Below, piece after piece: positions 1 through 9,018 of a stretch of 64,000 nucleotides of DNA. Below the pieces are notes generated by a model that saw only the letters and a list, made by a program, of their open reading frames with translations, searched no databases and was not told where the DNA came from. The stretch spans positions 288,001 through 352,000 of the forward strand of contig OZ241877.1 in NCBI GenBank assembly GCA_965203095.1, in the 5' to 3' direction. The DNA is from Bdellovibrionales bacterium. GTDB lineage: Bacteria; Bdellovibrionota; Bdellovibrionia; Bdellovibrionales; UBA1609. The first letter of the stretch is position 1. Each line of letters begins with the position of its first letter. The position numbers and the translations under genes are program-made.

Positions 1-971
1 AATAAAGTGGATGTTTTGTATTGTCCGTCTTCAAAACCTAAAACTTCAGCTACTTGAGCCACTTTTCGAGAACCATCGGGATAGCGGGAAACCTGTAAAA
101 TCAGATCAATGGCTGAGGAAATCTGGTGTTGTAAAGCCTTTTCACTCAATTTAGAATCGGCTCCTTGGGCCAAAGCTTCAAGACGAACAATAGCATCTTG
201 ACAACTGTTGGCATGAATAGTCCCCAGGCAACCTTTATGACCTGTATTCATAGCATTGATTAACTCTAAAGCCTCCCCCCCGCGAACTTCCCCCACAATA
301 ATTCGGTCCGGCCTTAGCCTTAAACTGCTTTTCAGCAAATCCCTTATGGTCACCTCTCCCTCTCCTTGGGCGTTGGCCATTTTGGTCTCAAAAAACACAA
401 TGTGCTCATACTTTATTCTCAACTCGCTGGCATCTTCTATTACAATAATCCTTTGCCCTTTAGGAATATAGGAGCACATGGCCCCAAGTAAAGTGGTTTT
501 CCCTGAGCCGGTCCCCCCGCTGATCAGTATATTTTTACCTAACTGGCTGGCAATTTTTAAAAATTGAGCCAGAGTCCCTGTGATAGTCCCAAAACGAATG
601 TAATCCTGAAAAGTGAATTGATCGGTAGAGAATTTTCTAATGGCTACAGTCACGCCTTTTCTGGAGCAAGGAGGTATCACAGCGTGAATACGATAACCAT
701 TGGGCAATCGGGCATCTAAACGAGGGTTTTGCTCGTTAATTCTCCGATTCACACTTTGGGCAATATTTGTGACAGCGGCCAAAAGGGCGTCTTGGTCTGA
801 AAACTGAGCCTCTGTTTTTTGGATCTTGCCAGCAATTTCAACCCAAATCTCATCATAACTGTTGATCATCACCTCAGATACTTTTTCATCTTTTAAAAGA
901 GACCATATAGGCTGTAAAAAACCTTTAATGGCCGATTCAAAAATGCTGGCATTTTTTTGATCCTCACTCAT
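1..971 (-). CDS. cpaF: CpaF/TadA family pilus assembly ATPase (3' end runs off the window)
   Basis: Manual translation from ATG at 971: MSEDQKNASIFESAIKGFLQPIWSLLKDEKVSEVMINSYDEIWVE...LDARLPNGYRIHAVIPP...ISGGTGSGKTT (Walker A)...SLRLRPDRIIVGEVRG; not in the ORF track because it is truncated. Confidence 0.92.
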   Translation of the reverse strand, partial: MSEDQKNASIFESAIKGFLQPIWSLLKDEKVSEVMINSYDEIWVEIAGKIQKTEAQFSDQDALLAAVTNIAQSVNRRINEQNPRLDARLPNGYRIHAVIPPCSRKGVTVAIRKFSTDQFTFQDYIRFGTITGTLAQFLKIASQLGKNILISGGTGSGKTTLLGAMCSYIPKGQRIIVIEDASELRIKYEHIVFFETKMANAQGEGEVTIRDLLKSSLRLRPDRIIVGEVRGGEALELINAMNTGHKGCLGTIHANSCQDAIVRLEALAQGADSKLSEKALQHQISSAIDLILQVSRYPDGSRKVAQVAEVLGFEDGQYKTSTL

Positions 972-1002
972 ATCTGCCTTATCGGACAAATAGGACAAAA
1001 AA

Positions 1003-1656
1003 TCAAATTTTTAAAAAAAGAGTATATTTTATAGGGACATTTTTTTGAAAAAACAAAAGCTCAAACTGACTTAAGCCCTCCTTAAAGCCTTTTTCTCGTT
1101 TTTGGTTTTTGTAAAGATTCAAGGAATATTTATGAACTTTATATCCCGCCTCTTTAAAAAGATGAACGGCTTGGTGAAAATAATCCTCTGCATCGGTTTT
1201 CAACTCCAAAAAAGAACCCAACCTTTGTAATTGGAAAATGCTTTGGCAAAACTCTTTTTGAATGAGTTGATGCTTTTTTTGCTTTCTTTTTTTAAGCCAA
1301 GGGTCCGGGAAATGGATATAAACATTGTTCAATTCCTGCTTTTTAAAAAACAGGCTTATTTTACTGGCGTCACAGCGGATTACCTTTCCGTTGAGGCTAT
1401 TGTTTTTTCTAAGCCTTCTTATAGTTTGTATCAATGGCTTGTATTTTCTTTCCATAGACAAAAAGCACTCTTCAGGCTGGCTAAGGCACAGTTTGGCAAA
1501 GTGCTTGCCATTTCCGGGGCCAATTTCTAAATGCAAAGGGCGGGATGGTTTTTTTGCAAAAAGCTCCCTCCATCGTCCTGGAAATTGAAGGGCTTGAGAA
1601 GAGTCTAAGGCCCAATCTCCGCCCTCAGTATGAAAAGCTTGAATATAAGGGTTGAT
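1003..1656 (-). CDS. trmB: tRNA (guanine-N7)-methyltransferase TrmB; start uncertain
   Basis: Motifs LEIGPGNG, IHFPDPW and KTD. The frame stays open 50 codons upstream of the track's TTG start (NPY...GRWRELF), up to a stop at 1687-1689. Confidence 0.88.
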   Translation of the reverse strand: MNPYIQAFHTEGGDWALDSSQALQFPGRWRELFAKKPSRPLHLEIGPGNGKHFAKLCLSQPEECFLSMERKYKPLIQTIRRLRKNNSLNGKVIRCDASKISLFFKKQELNNVYIHFPDPWLKKRKQKKHQLIQKEFCQSIFQLQRLGSFLELKTDAEDYFHQAVHLFKEAGYKVHKYSLNLYKNQKREKGFKEGLSQFELLFFQKNVPIKYTLFLKI

Positions 1657-1978
1657 AAAATAGCCCCTCTCTCCCGAACCGGGTTTTTAAGCAGACTCTT
1701 TATGAAAATCACAGGCGGGAAAGCCTTGCTCTTTCCTTTTAGTGGGAAGGCTAAAAAAAAAATCAAAGTGCTTATCCTCCTTATAGAAAAGACACCAAGG
1801 GCTTTTGTCGTAAATTGGCATGTTCATACTTGACCTCATTTTTTAGTTCTCAAAATTCAATATGAGTCCAAAAATGAGCTTGGTCAAGCCCATCCATTTT
1901 AAAAGAGCTTGTTTTTCCTATAAAAAAATAAAGACGGGAAAGCTTGTTTTTTTAAAAAACTTATTATAAATAAGCAGA

Positions 1979-2887
1979 ATGGCCCAAGCTCTCTCACAAC
2001 AAAAAAAACCCTCATGGCTTAAAACCAAAATACCAGGGGGAGAGCGATATCATGCCATCAAAAAACTGCTTAAGGGCTTAAAGCTCTCCACAGTTTGCGA
2101 AGAGGCCCTTTGCCCCAATATTGGGGAATGCTGGTCTGGGGGAACAGCAACCCTTATGCTTATGGGTGATCTTTGTTCCAGGGGCTGTCGTTTTTGTCAT
2201 GTTAAAACAGGGAATCCCAAAGGCTGGTTAGACCCTAAAGAACCGGAAAAAGCGGCTTTTGCCCTCTCTCAACTGGATCTGGATTATGTGGTTCTTACCA
2301 GTGTGAATCGGGACGATCTGCCTGATGAGGGGGCAGGTCATTTTGCGAAAACCATAAGCCTAATTAAAAAAAGCCGTCCCGAACTCCTAATAGAGGCCCT
2401 TACCCCCGATTTTAAAGGCCAAGAAAAGTTTATTCAAAAAATTATTGAATCCTCCCCCGATGTTTTTGCCCACAATATAGAGACTATAGAAAGGCTGAGT
2501 CGCAGGGTCAGGGATCCTCGTGCCGGCTACCGGCAATCTTTAAAAGTTTTAGAATTTGTAAAAAAACAAAAAGCCTCAATTTATACTAAATCCTCCATTA
2601 TGTTGGGGCTTGGGGAAAGCCAGGAAGAAATCAACCAGACATTAAAAGATCTTCGATCAGTTGGTTGTGATGCCCTCACCTTAGGGCAATATCTTCGCCC
2701 CAGCCAAAGGCATCTTCCAGTGGAAAGATATATCCCTCCTGAAGAGTTTGAGGAATGGCGAGAGCTTTCTGAAAACATGGGTTTTGCTTATTGTGCCTCT
2801 GGCCCATTGGTTAGAAGCTCCTATAAAGCGGGGGAATTTTTTATGTCGGCCTTAATTAAAAAGCAGAGGGCAAAGTATGGGCATTAA
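1979..2887 (+). CDS. lipA: lipoyl synthase
   Basis: CEEALCPNIGEC auxiliary cluster motif, CSRGCRFC radical SAM motif, C-terminal RSSY. Confidence 0.97.
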   Translation: MAQALSQQKKPSWLKTKIPGGERYHAIKKLLKGLKLSTVCEEALCPNIGECWSGGTATLMLMGDLCSRGCRFCHVKTGNPKGWLDPKEPEKAAFALSQLDLDYVVLTSVNRDDLPDEGAGHFAKTISLIKKSRPELLIEALTPDFKGQEKFIQKIIESSPDVFAHNIETIERLSRRVRDPRAGYRQSLKVLEFVKKQKASIYTKSSIMLGLGESQEEINQTLKDLRSVGCDALTLGQYLRPSQRHLPVERYIPPEEFEEWRELSENMGFAYCASGPLVRSSYKAGEFFMSALIKKQRAKYGH

Positions 2888-4097
2888 AAAAATCAAACTT
2901 CCCGATTTAGGCGAAGGGGTCACAGAGGGGGAAATTATAAAAATTAAGGTCTCTCAAGGAGAGAAGATCTCTATGGATCAGCCCCTTTTAGAGGTGATGA
3001 CAGATAAAGCCTCTATGGAAGTCCCCTCCTCTATAGAGGGGCTGATTCAAAAAGTGTCAGCTAAGGAGGGCGATATAGTCCCTGTAGGGGCTGATCTCTT
3101 TACAGTTCAAACTGAGGGAGAAGAAGAGGAGACAGCTCCACTTTCAAAAAATCCACCAAAACAAGAAAATTTAAAAACAAAACAAGCTCCTTCAATCTCC
3201 TCTTTTTCAGAAACTAAAATTTTAGCCATTCCTTCCACAAAAAAATTGGCAGAAGAGTTGAATATTCCTCTAACAAATATTCCTAACTCTAAGGGGGAAA
3301 TCAAAAGGGAGGATCTTTTAAACTATATCCGCTCTCGCTTATCCTCCTCAACTTCAAGGGCTAAGGAGCAAAAAACAGATCTACCAGCTCCCGATGAGGT
3401 GGAAAAAAGAGAACCTGTCCGCGGAGTAAAAAGGCTAATGTTTGAAAGCATGACTTTATCTAAAGCCACAATCCCTCACTTTACAGTGGGAGAGAGGGCG
3501 AGGGCAGATCTCCTGATTACTCTCAAAAAAGAGTTCTCTTCCCGTTTGCAAAAACAAAACTTAAAAACAGGCTTTCTGCCTTTTTTCATAAAAGCCCTTT
3601 TGCCTACTCTTAAAGAATATCCTATTTTTAACAGCTTTTACTCAGCTCAAAGTAAAGAGATTGTTTTTAGGAAAAACCCCAACATTGGCTTTGCTGTAGA
3701 TAGCCCACAGGGCCTAATGGTTCCTGTTTTAAAACAGGCACAAAACAAAAGCTTTTTAGCAATCATTAAAGAAGTTCAAAAACTAGCGGAATCTGCTCGT
3801 AAAGGCACTATCCCAAGGGAACATTTAACAGGAGCTACCATCAGCATTACTAACTTAGGAAGTTTGGGAGGGATTTACGGGACACCCATTATCCCTCCTT
3901 CAGAAATGGCTATACTTGGGGTTTATAGGATTTTTCCGCAGACTGTTCGCAATGCTTTGGGAAATTTTGAAGAGCGATCTTTTATCAACTTTTCCCTCAC
4001 CTGTGATCATCGATTTATTGACGGTGCGACTGCTGTTCGCTTTTTAAAAAGCTTTGTTCAAAGAATTGAAGACCCCAGCCTTCTCCTCTTAGATTAA
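2877..4097 (+). CDS. 2-oxo acid dehydrogenase E2 subunit (dihydrolipoamide acyltransferase)
   Basis: Lipoyl domain (EVMTDKA), linker, catalytic DHRFIDG. Confidence 0.95.
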   Translation: MGIKKIKLPDLGEGVTEGEIIKIKVSQGEKISMDQPLLEVMTDKASMEVPSSIEGLIQKVSAKEGDIVPVGADLFTVQTEGEEEETAPLSKNPPKQENLKTKQAPSISSFSETKILAIPSTKKLAEELNIPLTNIPNSKGEIKREDLLNYIRSRLSSSTSRAKEQKTDLPAPDEVEKREPVRGVKRLMFESMTLSKATIPHFTVGERARADLLITLKKEFSSRLQKQNLKTGFLPFFIKALLPTLKEYPIFNSFYSAQSKEIVFRKNPNIGFAVDSPQGLMVPVLKQAQNKSFLAIIKEVQKLAESARKGTIPREHLTGATISITNLGSLGGIYGTPIIPPSEMAILGVYRIFPQTVRNALGNFEERSFINFSLTCDHRFIDGATAVRFLKSFVQRIEDPSLLLLD

Positions 4098-4118
4098 AAA
4101 AAGCCCCCTTAAATACCC

Positions 4119-5333
4119 ATGAACCCAATGCAAAATAAAATGGTTAAAAAATTTGGTGGAAGTTCCGTTGCTGATATAAAAAAAATAGAGGCAGTGGCCC
4201 AGCGACTGAAAGAGGATCACTTAAAAGGGGAGAGGCCCATAGTGGTCATTTCTGCCATGTCGGGATGGACTAACTCTTTAGTGGAGATGGCTCACAAAGT
4301 TTATTCTGATCCCCAAGGGCCAGCTTATGATATGCTCCTCTCCTCAGGAGAGCAGGTCAGCATAGCTCTGCTCAGTCTGGCACTCAAAAAAAGAGGGATT
4401 AAAAACAGCCCTCTATTAGGCTATCAAGCTGGTATTCAAACAGATTCTTTTTTTTCTAAAGCCTGCATCCAGTCCATAAATACCAATAAAATTAAAAAAA
4501 TTCTAAAGGAAGGTGCAATGCCCTTAGTGGCTGGGTTCCAAGGGATGACAAAAGATCATCAGATCACTACTTTAGGCCGTGGAGGGAGCGATCTGACTGC
4601 TGTAGCCCTCTCAGTGGCCTTAAAAATCAATGTGTGTGAGATTTACACTGATGTTCCTGGGGTCTTTACTGCTGACCCCAAGCTGATTCCTCAAGCTAAA
4701 AAACAAAAAGTGTTGGATTTTTCTGAAATGATGGAAATGTCCCGCCTGGGATCTAAAATTCTTCAGATTCGCTCAGTGGAAATGGCCAAAAAGTATGGTA
4801 TAAAAATTCATGTTCGTCATGCTTTCAAAAAAGATGTGGGGACATGGATCACAAAAAAAAAGGAGAAGGATATGGAATCCCCTGTAGTTTCAGCCATAGC
4901 TCATGATTTAAACACTTTAGTTATCAAACTGACAAGCCTGCCCCAAGGGATTGGCTTCATCTCCCGTTTGTTTTCTGAATTGGGGAAAAACTCTGTTTTT
5001 GTAGACATTATCTCCCATAGTGCCATTTCCGGACCTTCCCGACTGTCTTTTTCTATTCCCAAAACAGATTTAAAATCCTGCCAAAATGCACTCAAAGCTT
5101 TGGTGAAAAAGCAAGATATTTCTGTAATCGATAATGTGGCTAAAATTTCAGTTGTGGGGGTGGGTATGGCCAGTCATTCTGGAGTGGCGGGGAGGTTTTT
5201 CTCCGCATTAAAGAAAACAAAAACCCAGCTGTATCTCGTGACAACTTCAGAAATAAAAATCAGTGCTATTATTGACAAAAAAGATTTAAAAGCAACAGCC
5301 CAAGTCCTCCATAAGGAATTTGGCCTTTCTTAA
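4119..5333 (+). CDS. lysC: aspartate kinase
   Basis: KFGGSSV, TLGRGGSD, YTDVPG, C-terminal ACT region with TSEIKIS. Confidence 0.95.
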   Translation: MNPMQNKMVKKFGGSSVADIKKIEAVAQRLKEDHLKGERPIVVISAMSGWTNSLVEMAHKVYSDPQGPAYDMLLSSGEQVSIALLSLALKKRGIKNSPLLGYQAGIQTDSFFSKACIQSINTNKIKKILKEGAMPLVAGFQGMTKDHQITTLGRGGSDLTAVALSVALKINVCEIYTDVPGVFTADPKLIPQAKKQKVLDFSEMMEMSRLGSKILQIRSVEMAKKYGIKIHVRHAFKKDVGTWITKKKEKDMESPVVSAIAHDLNTLVIKLTSLPQGIGFISRLFSELGKNSVFVDIISHSAISGPSRLSFSIPKTDLKSCQNALKALVKKQDISVIDNVAKISVVGVGMASHSGVAGRFFSALKKTKTQLYLVTTSEIKISAIIDKKDLKATAQVLHKEFGLS

Positions 5334-5358
5334 CTTGTCCTAATGAGGGAAGCTTTCT

Positions 5359-6579
5359 TTGTTTTGTTATAAAAAAAATATTTTAAGCTTACAACAGGGA
5401 GAGTTTTCTATCCCTGTGCCGGACATTGCTAAAACTATTAGTGGGCCTTTTTACCTCTATGACATTCAAGGTTTAAGGCAATGGTATCAATTTTTTAAAA
5501 AGGAGATGGGAGATCCATTTAAAATTTTTTTCGCTATGAAATCCAACTCCCACAAGGCAGTTTTAAAGGCTCTGTTAGAAGAAGGGGCCGGCTTAGATGT
5601 GGTTTCTATAGGAGAGGCCCACCGGGCAGAGGCAGTAGGCTTTCCAGCTCAAAAAATGATTTTCTCTGGCATAGGGAAAAGCACTTTGGAGCTAAAAGCA
5701 GGATTGGAAAAAGGCTTTTTGCAAATCAATGTGGAAAGCTTGGAAGAATTGAAAAGACTAATGAAAATCAGCAAAAAAATTAAAAAACCAGCTCCTGTGG
5801 GCTTGAGAATCAACCCCAATGTGGACTTTTCATCCCATCCTCATATCAAAACCGGTTTAAGAGGTCATAAATTTGGCCTGGATGAGGAAGATCTGCCATC
5901 CATTTTACAATTCATCCAGCATGAAGAAGAGCATATCCATTTTCAAGCTTTAAGCATGCACTTAGGTTCTCAAATTTTTGATCTGAATCCCCTTTTTCAA
6001 GCCATAGAGTGCTTAAAAAAACTTTATGAAAAACTAAAAAAATCATTCCCCAAGTTGAGATTTATGGATGTGGGAGGGGGGCTGGCTGTCAATTACCAAA
6101 AAGCCGGTTTTGAGGAGGAAAAACTCCGAATCCAAAGCTTTGGTCAGGGCTTAAAAAAAATTTTTAAAAATTTTGACGGTGCTGTTATAGCAGAGCCAGG
6201 GCGAATCCTCAGTGCCCGCATGGGGATTTTATGTGCCCAAGTGGAATACATAAAAAAAAGCCGGAACAAGCAGTTTGTAATATTAAACAGTGGGATGAAT
6301 CACTTTTTACGACCCGCTCTCTATGGCGAAAAACATAGGATTCTCCCTCTAAAAATACGAAAAGGCCCTTATCAAATCTATGATGTTGTGGGGCCTATAT
6401 GTGAGACAGGGGACACTTTTGTTAAAAACCAGCCCCTCCCCCCATTAAAATCAGGGGATGGGCTGGCTATTGCAGACACAGGGGCTTATGGCTTTGTAAT
6501 GGCCAGCCAATATAACTTACAAATGCCTGTTCAGGAACTGGCATGGGACAAAGGACAGAGGTTTTTCACGGACGACTAA
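5359..6579 (+). CDS. lysA: diaminopimelate decarboxylase
   Basis: FAMKSN PLP-lysine motif, HLGSQ, EPGR, GPICETGD, GAYG. Confidence 0.93.
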   Translation: MFCYKKNILSLQQGEFSIPVPDIAKTISGPFYLYDIQGLRQWYQFFKKEMGDPFKIFFAMKSNSHKAVLKALLEEGAGLDVVSIGEAHRAEAVGFPAQKMIFSGIGKSTLELKAGLEKGFLQINVESLEELKRLMKISKKIKKPAPVGLRINPNVDFSSHPHIKTGLRGHKFGLDEEDLPSILQFIQHEEEHIHFQALSMHLGSQIFDLNPLFQAIECLKKLYEKLKKSFPKLRFMDVGGGLAVNYQKAGFEEEKLRIQSFGQGLKKIFKNFDGAVIAEPGRILSARMGILCAQVEYIKKSRNKQFVILNSGMNHFLRPALYGEKHRILPLKIRKGPYQIYDVVGPICETGDTFVKNQPLPPLKSGDGLAIADTGAYGFVMASQYNLQMPVQELAWDKGQRFFTDD

Positions 6580-6587
6580 ATTATTCG

Positions 6588-6767
6588 CCCGTGAAAAACC
6601 TCTATAATTCACAGGGGATTCTTCAGTTTCTTTGCCTAAAGGTCCGTCCCATTTCGGGACGGCAATACCTTGGACCCTTATGGGACGGCCTTTAGGCAAA
6701 AGTGATTGAAAAGTCTGCCCCTGTAAAAGCAGAGAATGAGAAGGACTAACTGAGGCTTTTTCACGGG
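6588..6767. repeat. MITE/REP-like element with CCCGTGAAAAA terminal inverted repeats and an internal hairpin
   Basis: cccgtgaaaaacctc (6588) versus gaggctttttcacggg (ends 6767); internal stem 6631-6700; related copies near 24886, 56258, 58103 and 58493. Confidence 0.75.
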
Positions 6768-6920
6768 AGACTAAATTATAAAGGTTTTTCATAGACAATT
6801 TCTTAAATGGACTTAAAAATCGGAAAAATTTTCAAAATATAATATTTTTTCTTGATTTTTCTCTCTAAGCCTAATATTACAAGGGCAGGATTAACAAAAC
6901 GAAAAGAAAAGGAGAAAAAT

Positions 6921-7439
6921 ATGAAACAAATTTTAATTGCGATATGCACTCTGTCGGCTTTCCCCTTGTTGGCCTTCGCTAACAAGCCCAGACCTCCCAT
7001 ACCCTTATCTACAAAACAAATGACAAGGCAAATGAATGGGGAAACTGCGGGAAGAGCTTTTAGAGAAGTCCCTGTTCGCCCTGTAGGGAATTGCACTGGC
7101 CCATGTGTGGAAGTGGCCTCTTCAGAACTGAGCCTTGAGGCCAAAAGAGCACTCAATCTCAGCACTGTCTTAGCTCAAGGTAGGGATGCCATAGTGATTG
7201 GCGATGTTGTGAGTTCCCTTCCTCGAATGAATTTCACACTGCAAAGTCAAGGGGTTGCACCTAAGACTGCCGAAGAAATTACAAATGCCATTCTCGCGGC
7301 GGCTGTTCAATCTAAAACATGGCGGGACCCAATAGCTCAAAGTAAGGTGGTGAAACTGGCAAACGACATTGAAGAAAAAGGTCTGGTTCCGAATAATACA
7401 AAACAAGTGAATCAAGTAGTAGAAAACTGCAAATTATAG
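6921..7439 (+). CDS. hypothetical secreted protein
   Basis: GGAG SD before ATG at 6921, signal peptide MKQILIAICTLSAFPLLAFA, terminator downstream. Confidence 0.75.
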   Translation: MKQILIAICTLSAFPLLAFANKPRPPIPLSTKQMTRQMNGETAGRAFREVPVRPVGNCTGPCVEVASSELSLEAKRALNLSTVLAQGRDAIVIGDVVSSLPRMNFTLQSQGVAPKTAEEITNAILAAAVQSKTWRDPIAQSKVVKLANDIEEKGLVPNNTKQVNQVVENCKL

Positions 7440-7466
7440 ACTATTAGTTTTAGAAAGCTAAAAATC

Positions 7467-7498
7467 AAAAGAGACTCCTCTACCGGAGTCTCTTTTTT
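7467..7498 (+). terminator. intrinsic terminator
   Basis: aaaa-gagactcc-(tctacc)-ggagtctc-tttttt. Confidence 0.85.
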
Positions 7499-7614
7499 AT
7501 TATAAAATAGAACCATTATCTCCTCAAAAAAAACCACTTTTAAATATATACTCAAGAAAAGTGCTCAATAAAAATATGGATTTTTAAATCAGAGAGGTAT
7601 AAAATACAAAAGTC

Positions 7615-8847
7615 ATGCATTTGATTACCAGTTTATTGATTTTGCTGGCGGCCTCCAGAGTTTTAGGCCGTCTATTTGAGGCCATAGGCTATTTTGCCAT
7701 TATAGGGGAGATCCTTGCGGGTTTTCTTTTAGGGCCAGCCATTTTTGGCTTCATAGATCCGGAAATCGATGGTCTCAATGGAATTGTTGATTTGGGGATT
7801 TTCCTGCTGATTTTTTCTGCTGGCTTAGAAGTGGATTTAAAAGATTTTACCCGTGCCTTAAAAAGCAAAGCTCTGGTTTGCGGTTTGATCAGCTTTATTG
7901 GTCCTTTTTCTGCGGGTTTAGGCTTTGGAGCTTGGTTAAACCTCTCCTTTCACAGCTCTATTGTGGTGGGCCTTTGCTTTGCCATTACAGCTATTCCTGT
8001 AGCTATAAAATTCATCCGTAATGCCCATTTATTAAATACATCGGTGGGCCATTCCATTATGGGCACTGCTGTCCTGATTGAGATTTTGGCTCTCTTAGTC
8101 CTGGGCATTTCCTCTGAGGTGGAAAATTACAAACTCTGGGAATATATAAAAATGATTTTCATTAAAGGGGGAGGGATGCTGTTGTTCTTCCTTGTTGTGA
8201 TGATGGTTAATAAAATTTTTCGATCAGAACTTCGCCATATACAAAGAACACAAAAATTTTTTAGCAGGCTGATTCAAACCTTAGGGGAAGAGGCTGTTTT
8301 TGGTTTGGGAGTCTTATTTGTTTTGATTTTTAGTGCTATCTCTGAATCTTTAGGCTTTCACTTTATTATTGGAGCTTTTTTTGGAGGCTTACTTTTAAAT
8401 AAAGACATTATTGGAACCAACTTTTTTGACTCCCTTTCCCTCACTCTTCGATCCATCACCCAACATTTTTTAACACCTATCTTTTTTGCCTATTTGGGCT
8501 TAATCATAAAAACAGATATTTTTGATGATGTTTTTTTCATCTTGACCCTTATGGGAGTAGGTTATGGGACAAAAGTCGCCAGCTCTTGGATAGGAGCTAA
8601 AGTCTCTGGCTTTTCAAAAAATGAGTCCTTAAAAATAGGGCTGATACTTAACTCCAGAGGGACTTTTGATCTTATTGTAGCCAATTTGGCCTTAGCCAAA
8701 GGTTATATTGATTCTAAAATTTTTTCCGTTTTGATTTTGTTTGGAGTTTTCTCCATTGTGCTCAATCCTGTTATTTACAGACGCTTTTATAAAACCAGCT
8801 CTTCGGAAAAAGGATCCACCAGTTCCCTCAAAAAATCCCCTGATTGA
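7615..8847 (+). CDS. cation:proton antiporter (CPA2 / Na+/H+ exchanger family)
   Basis: About 12 hydrophobic segments; IIGEILAGFLLGP, FSAGLEVD, IIGAFFGG and NSRG motifs. Confidence 0.88.
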   Translation: MHLITSLLILLAASRVLGRLFEAIGYFAIIGEILAGFLLGPAIFGFIDPEIDGLNGIVDLGIFLLIFSAGLEVDLKDFTRALKSKALVCGLISFIGPFSAGLGFGAWLNLSFHSSIVVGLCFAITAIPVAIKFIRNAHLLNTSVGHSIMGTAVLIEILALLVLGISSEVENYKLWEYIKMIFIKGGGMLLFFLVVMMVNKIFRSELRHIQRTQKFFSRLIQTLGEEAVFGLGVLFVLIFSAISESLGFHFIIGAFFGGLLLNKDIIGTNFFDSLSLTLRSITQHFLTPIFFAYLGLIIKTDIFDDVFFILTLMGVGYGTKVASSWIGAKVSGFSKNESLKIGLILNSRGTFDLIVANLALAKGYIDSKIFSVLILFGVFSIVLNPVIYRRFYKTSSSEKGSTSSLKKSPD

Positions 8848-9018
8848 TCGGGCCAATATAAGAGACTTTTTTGCCACTGGAGCTTTTATGTGGATTGAAT
8901 AAGCCCGCCTTAATTGCGAATTGCGGGAGAGGAGCTTAAAACCATACATTCCCTTTCGCAGTAAAAAAGCCAAAGAACATAATGCCTTAGCTTTTTTGAG
9001 CGGAAAATTTGATTTTTG

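Noticed and set aside
6631..6700. Hammerhead ribozyme or c-di-GMP-I riboswitch reading of the hairpin repeat
   Set aside because: A UGA...GAAA pattern is present in some copies, but the CUGANGA core and the GEMM two-hairpin architecture are missing
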